From contig CAZOWX010000003.1 in NCBI GenBank assembly GCA_964583795.1, positions 23,978-87,977 on the forward strand: a stretch of DNA of 64,000 bases, written 5' to 3'. Position numbers and translations under genes: made by a program. The stretch is from an uncultured Pseudomonadales bacterium. GTDB taxonomy: Bacteria; Patescibacteriota; Microgenomatia; UBA1400; PJMF01. Positions 58,092-64,000 of this stretch are shown here, piece by piece. The notes beneath the pieces are model-generated. The model had not been told where the DNA came from, made no database searches, and saw nothing but the letters and a program-made list of their open reading frames with translations. Numbering within the stretch: the stretch's first letter is position 1; each line of letters opens with the position of its first letter.

Positions 58092-60347
58092 ATGTACCTC
58101 GTCATTGTCGAATCACCCACCAAAGCACGCAAACTCTCTTCTTATTTGGGCAGTGAGTATCAAGTCAAAGCCTCAGTTGGTCATGTTCGTGATTTACCCA
58201 AAAGTAAGTTGGGTGTTGATACAGAACATGAGTTTGAGCCAATTTATGAAGTGAATGAAGATAAACAAAAAGTGGTTAAGGAGCTGCAAAAACTATCGAA
58301 AGAAGCGAAGAAAGTCTTTTTGGCAACTGACCCTGATCGAGAAGGTGAAGCGATTGCGTGGCATATAAAGCACTTACTCACCCCAGAGAAGAAAAGTAAA
58401 GGGAAAAAAGGTTCCACCAGTAAAACCATTCCAACTGACTTTTTTCAACGTGCGACATTTCATGAAATCACCAAAACTGCCGTGATGTCAGCAATTGATC
58501 ATCCTGGAGTGATCAACATGGATTTGGTTGATGCACAGCAAGCGCGCAGAGTTGTCGATCGCTTAGTGGGATATAAACTCTCTCCAATTTTGTGGAAAAA
58601 AATTCGCCGCGGATTGTCTGCCGGCAGAGTGCAATCAGCGGCACTGCGCCTAATTGTTGATCGGGAAAAAGAAATTTTGGCCTTTAAACCGGAGGAATAT
58701 TGGGAAGTCGATGTGTTACTTGACTCTCAGCCAAAGGCTGATCCGCCCCGGGCGGAAAAAGTGAACTACAAAAAAGAAAACGAGAAGGGTGTAATTCAGT
58801 TTATTGAGGAGTTACCTGAGGAAATGTTTGTGGCACGGGTGATTGAAGTGCGGGGCAGTAAGTACGAGCCCAAACAAGAAAGTGACGTCAGTACAGTAGT
58901 AGAGGACTTACAAAAAGCGAACTATTTGGTCAAAAAGGTAGATCGGAAAGAACGAACCCGATCCAGTTTACCGCCATTTTCAACGTCCCTGTTACAGCAA
59001 GCAGCGGCGAGTCGGTTAGGTTTTAGTGGTAAACAAACCATGACGTTAGCGCAACAGCTCTATGAAGAGGGACTGATTACCTATCACCGTACTGACTCGT
59101 TCAACCTCTCTACGCAGGCAATTGAGATGGCACGTTCGTATATAAACAAAGAGTATGGCAAGCAGTATTTACCAGCCCAAGCGAGGATGTTTGCAACAAA
59201 ATCAAAAAATGCTCAAGAAGCGCACGAGGCAATTCGGGTCACTGATGTTGCTGTAGAACCCAACTCTATTCGTCAACACTCTTCACGTTTCACTGATGGA
59301 CATCAAAAACTCTATGATCTGATCAGAAGACGCTTTTTGGCCAGTCAAATGGAGGCGGCGGTATATGATGCGACGACAGTGACAGTAGAAGCGAGTAAGG
59401 GGAGTAATTATTATCTGCTTAGAGCTTCTGGTTCCACCTTGAAATTTGATGGATGGATGAAACTTTTTCCAAATAAAGGGGATACTATCTTGCCAGTACT
59501 AAAAGAGCGTCAGCCAGTTGAGTATACTGATTTGAATGCGGCGCAAAAGTTTACGCAGCCACCAGCGCGTTTCAATGATGCTTCGCTCGTAAAAACACTC
59601 GAAGAAAAGGGTATTGGTCGACCGAGTACCTATGCGTCAATTATTAGTGTGATTGTTGAGCGTGGATATGTGGAGCGAAAAAACAAACGGTTTTTTGCAT
59701 CACCTGTAGGTATTACGGTGAGTGATTTTTTGGTCGAGTACTTTTCTGAGATTGTGGATTTTGATTTTACTGCAGAAATGGAAGAGGACTTGGATCGCAT
59801 TTCTCGAGGTGAGAAACAATGGCGAAAAGTTGTGAGTGAGTTTTTTAAGCCATTCGAAAAAACCTTGCTTAAAGCAGATAAGAGTGCTGATCGGGCGCAG
59901 ATTCCTGTTGAAGAAACCGGAGACAGTTGTCCCGAGTGCGGTTCGAAGGACCATGGCAAAGTGGTGATTCGTTCAGGGAGGTTTGGCAAGTTTAAGAGCT
60001 GCAATCGATTCCCAGAGTGTAAGTATACCGAAGCGATGGTTGAAACCTTAGAAGGGGTGAAGTGTCCGCTGTGTACTGAGGGTGATGTGGTGGTGAAAAA
60101 TACCCGCTGGGGGAAGTCGTTTTATGGCTGTTCACGTTATCCTGATTGTGACTGGGCGAGCTGGAGCAAACCAGATCCGGAACTGCGATTAACGAAAGCG
60201 CAGTGGGAAGTGATGAAAAAAGAGCGCGCAGAGCGCACCGCAAAAAGGCGAGCGACAATGGAGGCACGGTACGGAAAGAAGGGGGCGAGAGGTGCAGCAT
60301 CAGCGAAGAAAGAGAAGAAGACGGTTGGGAAGAAGGGAAAGAAGTAG
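58092..60347 (+). CDS. topA: DNA topoisomerase I
   Basis: IVESPTKA, DPDREGE, SAGRVQS, ITYHRTDS, Zn ribbons. Confidence 0.98.
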   Translation: MYLVIVESPTKARKLSSYLGSEYQVKASVGHVRDLPKSKLGVDTEHEFEPIYEVNEDKQKVVKELQKLSKEAKKVFLATDPDREGEAIAWHIKHLLTPEKKSKGKKGSTSKTIPTDFFQRATFHEITKTAVMSAIDHPGVINMDLVDAQQARRVVDRLVGYKLSPILWKKIRRGLSAGRVQSAALRLIVDREKEILAFKPEEYWEVDVLLDSQPKADPPRAEKVNYKKENEKGVIQFIEELPEEMFVARVIEVRGSKYEPKQESDVSTVVEDLQKANYLVKKVDRKERTRSSLPPFSTSLLQQAAASRLGFSGKQTMTLAQQLYEEGLITYHRTDSFNLSTQAIEMARSYINKEYGKQYLPAQARMFATKSKNAQEAHEAIRVTDVAVEPNSIRQHSSRFTDGHQKLYDLIRRRFLASQMEAAVYDATTVTVEASKGSNYYLLRASGSTLKFDGWMKLFPNKGDTILPVLKERQPVEYTDLNAAQKFTQPPARFNDASLVKTLEEKGIGRPSTYASIISVIVERGYVERKNKRFFASPVGITVSDFLVEYFSEIVDFDFTAEMEEDLDRISRGEKQWRKVVSEFFKPFEKTLLKADKSADRAQIPVEETGDSCPECGSKDHGKVVIRSGRFGKFKSCNRFPECKYTEAMVETLEGVKCPLCTEGDVVVKNTRWGKSFYGCSRYPDCDWASWSKPDPELRLTKAQWEVMKKERAERTAKRRATMEARYGKKGARGAASAKKEKKTVGKKGKK

Positions 60348-60426
60348 TGATGGTTAGGCCTCAGGGATTAGAGCTTTGGGCTTAGGAAGTCGAAATGCTT
60401 ATCGGTCAATTTTTAGAAAACGCTTA

Positions 60427-60680
60427 TCGTCCTCGACCCGATGAATGAACCCGGTCTTCCCAGGGCGGATCGAGTGAAGCCATCGACCATCGGGGATCCG
60501 TAAAATACAACCTTTGAAGATCGATTGCTTTTTTGTTTTTTTTAATTATTAATCGAGTGTATAACCGATTCTGACAAGAGAAGTGATATTGTTGAACACA
60601 CGTCAAAGAATGGATCCCCGATGCTCGACTGAGCTCTCTTGGCCGTTGGCCAGGATTTCTCTGTCGGGTCGAGGATGACG
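60427..60680. repeat. CGTC-type REP-like element
   Basis: TCGTCCTCGACCCGATGAATGAACCCG...GGGGATCC / TGGATCCCCG...GTCGAGGATGACG. Confidence 0.85.
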
Positions 60681-60779
60681 AGCGAACAACCCCACAACTT
60701 TTTTTCCACATGCGCTATACTACTTACTCTTTGTATTGTTAACTTTTGCCTTTTTACTTTTTACCTTTAACTTATCACT

Positions 60780-61469
60780 ATGAAAATCTGCATCTACGAC
60801 TCTGGCATCGGTGGCCGATCAGTGTATCGATTGTTAGAGCAGTATATCGAAGAGCATGAGTTATCCGCTCAATTTCAGCTGCATTATTTTGGTGATGAAG
60901 AAAATTTCCCCTACGGGACGAAGACAGAAGACGAACTTCGCCAGATCATTTTTAAAAATATTAAACGATTTCAGGATGAGGGGTTTGATTGTATTGCTGT
61001 CGCCTGTAATACTGCTTCTGCGGTTGTTGAGCGGCATTGGGAAGAGCTTAATGGTCCAGAATCGATCCGCACCATTGTTCGGCCAACGGTGGACATCGTG
61101 AATAGAAACCCAGAGCAATACCCATCGTTGTACGTGATTGCGAGCGAGTTTACTGCAAACAATCATATTTATCAAAGAGCGATCAATCGTGTTCAGCCGG
61201 GAATTAAAATAGTTGAAGTCGCGGCGCAACAACTAATCAATCATATTGAAGTTGGGGATGTAAAACAGTATACACTGGAAGTAGAAAACAGTATCAAAAG
61301 TGTCCAGGACAACGCGACTTTGCTTTTGGGTTGTACACATTTTTCATATATTGATGCATTGTTTTATGATTTGATGCAAAAACATCAAAAGCAGTTTCAG
61401 ATCATTGATCCGGCGAAAGAAATGGCGAAGGCAGTGGAGAAGTGGATGATTGGGAAGGTTGTTGAGTAG
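60780..61469 (+). CDS. murI: glutamate racemase
   Basis: DSGIGG, PYGTK, ACNTAS, LGCTHF. Confidence 0.95.
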   Translation: MKICIYDSGIGGRSVYRLLEQYIEEHELSAQFQLHYFGDEENFPYGTKTEDELRQIIFKNIKRFQDEGFDCIAVACNTASAVVERHWEELNGPESIRTIVRPTVDIVNRNPEQYPSLYVIASEFTANNHIYQRAINRVQPGIKIVEVAAQQLINHIEVGDVKQYTLEVENSIKSVQDNATLLLGCTHFSYIDALFYDLMQKHQKQFQIIDPAKEMAKAVEKWMIGKVVE

Positions 61470-61536
61470 TTAAGTTGTTACGTTGTTTGTCCATCTTTTT
61501 TAGAGCAACAACACAACCACAGAACAACCCAACAAC

Positions 61537-62433
61537 TTAGTGTTGGCAAGTATTACAATAGTACGTTCCTCTGCCGGCGAGCTTTTCTTTCATAATTTTT
61601 TCTCCACAGTTCGGGCAGGGCTGACCTTTTTTATCATAGACTCTGGCTTGGAGTTGATACTTGCCAGCGAAGCCGTGAACGTCAATGTACTTGCCGTCTG
61701 TTGTTGCTCCACCCAGATCAATGCCTTTTTGAATAATGGCTTTGAGGGCGTTGTATAAAGATTCGACTTGATCTGCAGTTAAGTCATTGGCTTTGTGAAA
61801 TGGAGAAATGCGCGCCAGATTGAGTGAGTCGCAAGCATAAATGTTGCCCACTCCTGACATCAGCGTGTTGTCCATGATTAAGACTTTGATGGCACGACTG
61901 CTGTGTGCGATAGCAAGCGAAAAATACTCCAGAGTAAATTGAGGATCAGTGATGTCAAGGGCATACTTTGAAAACTCTTGCAAGACCTCTTCATCACTCA
62001 TCACTTTGATCCAGCCAAATACGCGTTGATCATTGAAAAACAGTTTTGAACCGTCCATAAAATGAAACTCAATTCGAGTATGGTTACTGGGAAGTGCCTG
62101 AATCCAGTCCTCTGTCGGGTGTCCGCCACCAACACGGTGATTTTGATCAACATAAATGAGTTGCCCTGTCATTTTTAAATGAATCAGCAAGTTGAGTTTA
62201 TTTTTCCCGCCATTGGCGGGATTTCGAATGCGATCTTTTTTGTTGGGATCAACTAGTTGAATACGGATCATTTTTGCTCGGCGAGCGACATCTGTGATCT
62301 GGTAACCGACAACTAATAACTGACCACTGGAAAACGATTTTGGGTGAAGCTTGATAACTTCAGCAATGCGTTTCCCAACGAGATACGGTCGAAGACGATT
62401 GGTGATGGTTTCGACTTCTGGGAGTTCAGGCAT
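61537..62433 (-). CDS. mutM: formamidopyrimidine-DNA glycosylase
   Basis: MPELPEVE, HLKMTG, GVGNIYA, C4 Zn finger. Confidence 0.97.
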   Translation of the reverse strand: MPELPEVETITNRLRPYLVGKRIAEVIKLHPKSFSSGQLLVVGYQITDVARRAKMIRIQLVDPNKKDRIRNPANGGKNKLNLLIHLKMTGQLIYVDQNHRVGGGHPTEDWIQALPSNHTRIEFHFMDGSKLFFNDQRVFGWIKVMSDEEVLQEFSKYALDITDPQFTLEYFSLAIAHSSRAIKVLIMDNTLMSGVGNIYACDSLNLARISPFHKANDLTADQVESLYNALKAIIQKGIDLGGATTDGKYIDVHGFAGKYQLQARVYDKKGQPCPNCGEKIMKEKLAGRGTYYCNTCQH

Positions 62434-62584
62434 GGTTTGGGTAGGTAGTATATCGTATACAGTATATGGTATATAGGGGAACAGAGATCAGTGGCTCAAA
62501 ATTTTGACTTTTGCCTTTTTACTTTTTGACTTGTCATCTACTTCCTACTTGATACTTCGCACTTGATACGCAATACTACCAGCC

Positions 62585-63166
62585 ATGCATATTTGTCTGT
62601 TTGGTGGAGCATTTGATCCACCACATGTGGGCCATCTGCAAGTTGCGCACTCATTACTTGAAAAAGAGATTTGCGATGAGGTTTGGTTTGTGCCAGTGAA
62701 GCAGCATCCATTTGGTAAAGAGGTACAGACCAATGGCCACCGAGTCAAGATGCTTGAGTTAATGCTTGAGCCAGAGATGCGAGTAGAAGAGTATGAGTTA
62801 GAGCATGCAACAAAAAGTTATTCATTTCAGACGCTAGAGGCGTTATCGAAACAGCACCCTGAACATCAGATTTCTTGGGTAATTGGTTCGGATAACTTGG
62901 AAAAATTTCATCTTTGGGGCGATTATCAACATTTGCTCGAGAAATATCGTGTCTATGTTTACCCACGAAAAGACTTTGCGTTTGAACCAGTGAGAGAAGG
63001 TATGGTGTGTTTGGAAAATTTTCCAGAGGTTGAGGTCACTTCTACAAGGATTCGAGAGCTTTTGCGACAGGGAAAATCTGCATCCGGGCTTGTGACGAAG
63101 GAAGTAGAGCGGTATATTCGGGAGAATGGATTATATCTTGAGGAAGATAACGGTAAAGCAGTATAA
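62585..63166 (+). CDS. nadD: nicotinate-nucleotide adenylyltransferase
   Basis: GGAFDPPHVGH, IGSDN, STRIR. Confidence 0.95.
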   Translation: MHICLFGGAFDPPHVGHLQVAHSLLEKEICDEVWFVPVKQHPFGKEVQTNGHRVKMLELMLEPEMRVEEYELEHATKSYSFQTLEALSKQHPEHQISWVIGSDNLEKFHLWGDYQHLLEKYRVYVYPRKDFAFEPVREGMVCLENFPEVEVTSTRIRELLRQGKSASGLVTKEVERYIRENGLYLEEDNGKAV

Positions 63167-63184
63167 TAAGTGAGACAATAGCCT

Positions 63185-63658
63185 ATGATCTCACTTGAAT
63201 TTTCAATTTCCAAACTCGATTTTTTGAAAGCAAATTTTATTTCTCGGCAAAAACTTGTTTTTCTCATGGCGGTTTTATTGGGGCTGATTTTTGGTTTTGA
63301 CTCGGGAAACGCCAGTGTTTCAAACTTTATCATCACATGTTTCATTTATGGAGTGATATTTGGTTTTTTTTTAGAAGTCGTGTTTGGTATTACATTGATA
63401 TTTCATGTGTTTAATTCGATGAATCAATCACTTTATCTGCAAAAACGCAAAGTAGAGTTTAGTGAGGAGGGACTGTATCTTTCTTTTGATGGGTTTGAAA
63501 GTAGAGTTTCATGGAAACTGATTAAAAAAGTAAAAAGAGTTAGCCATTTTCTATTTATCTATCTTAGTAGTAGTGGTATCAACCTGGTATCTATTACTAA
63601 CATGCCAGGGGCAGATAGACAAAAGCTGGATCAGCTGTTACAAAAACATGGTTTGTGA
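63185..63658 (+). CDS. YcxB-like membrane protein
   Basis: Two TMs followed by FSEEG...VSW..IKKV. Confidence 0.65.
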   Translation: MISLEFSISKLDFLKANFISRQKLVFLMAVLLGLIFGFDSGNASVSNFIITCFIYGVIFGFFLEVVFGITLIFHVFNSMNQSLYLQKRKVEFSEEGLYLSFDGFESRVSWKLIKKVKRVSHFLFIYLSSSGINLVSITNMPGADRQKLDQLLQKHGL

Positions 63659-63728
63659 TACATTTTTGCGTATTATTTTTTCAAAAAGTCCAATCCATGA
63701 ATGAATGGGTTATGAAGGATGCACACTC

Positions 63729-64000
63729 ATGTTTTTCGCTTTTGATAATCCCCAAACTGAGGTAGAGAAAATTGTTACTTTTTTGCGCAAAACTTTTGAC
63801 CAACAAGGAAAGAGTAGCGCAGTGATTGCTGTGTCAGGAGGGATTGACTCAGCTCTTTCATTGACATTACTGTCTCGAGCACTTGGCCCCAAGCGAGTGT
63901 TTCCCATTTTGCTGCCTTTTGCTGATCAAGCAATGGATGATGCGAAAGCGATTGTTGAGTGGAATGAGATCCCTCAAGAAAATGTACACATTGTACAGAT
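63729..64000 (+). CDS. nadE: NAD+ synthetase (truncated by window end)
   Basis: MFFAFDNP...AVIAVSGGIDSAL; near nadD. Confidence 0.88.
   Translation, partial: MFFAFDNPQTEVEKIVTFLRKTFDQQGKSSAVIAVSGGIDSALSLTLLSRALGPKRVFPILLPFADQAMDDAKAIVEWNEIPQENVHIVQ

Overview
A 64-kb chromosomal segment (translation table 11). Gene content and style suggest a Patescibacteria/CPR organism, probably Microgenomates; this is inferred, not classified. Housekeeping genes include dnaX, ybaB, recR, hpf, cysS, ychF, rpsF-ssb-rpsR, mreBCD-mrdA, dprA, topA, murI, mutM, nadD and nadE. They are interleaved with accessory genes, two protein toxin-antitoxin (TA) pairs and a dense set of intergenic repeats. The repeats are CGTC-type REP-like inverted repeats (one perfect pair flanks a GIY-YIG nuclease gene), short GC-rich palindromes that also sit in frame inside core genes, and 7/8/10-nt tandem tracts. 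The main observation is at 13.6-14.23 kb, inside a REP-bounded element. It holds two convergent, protein-free modules. Each has a compact tRNA-like gene with alanine acceptor identity (G3:U70, A73) but an arginine anticodon (GCG or ACG). Each is followed by a separately promoted and terminated small RNA whose 5' end pairs over 14 nt with the anticodon arm of its own tRNA-like partner only. This is a candidate RNA-only TA system (mistranslating or decoy tRNA plus antisense antitoxin). A leaderless Cys-Cys leader-peptide attenuator upstream of cysS is also clear. All calls were made by eye, with no database searches.
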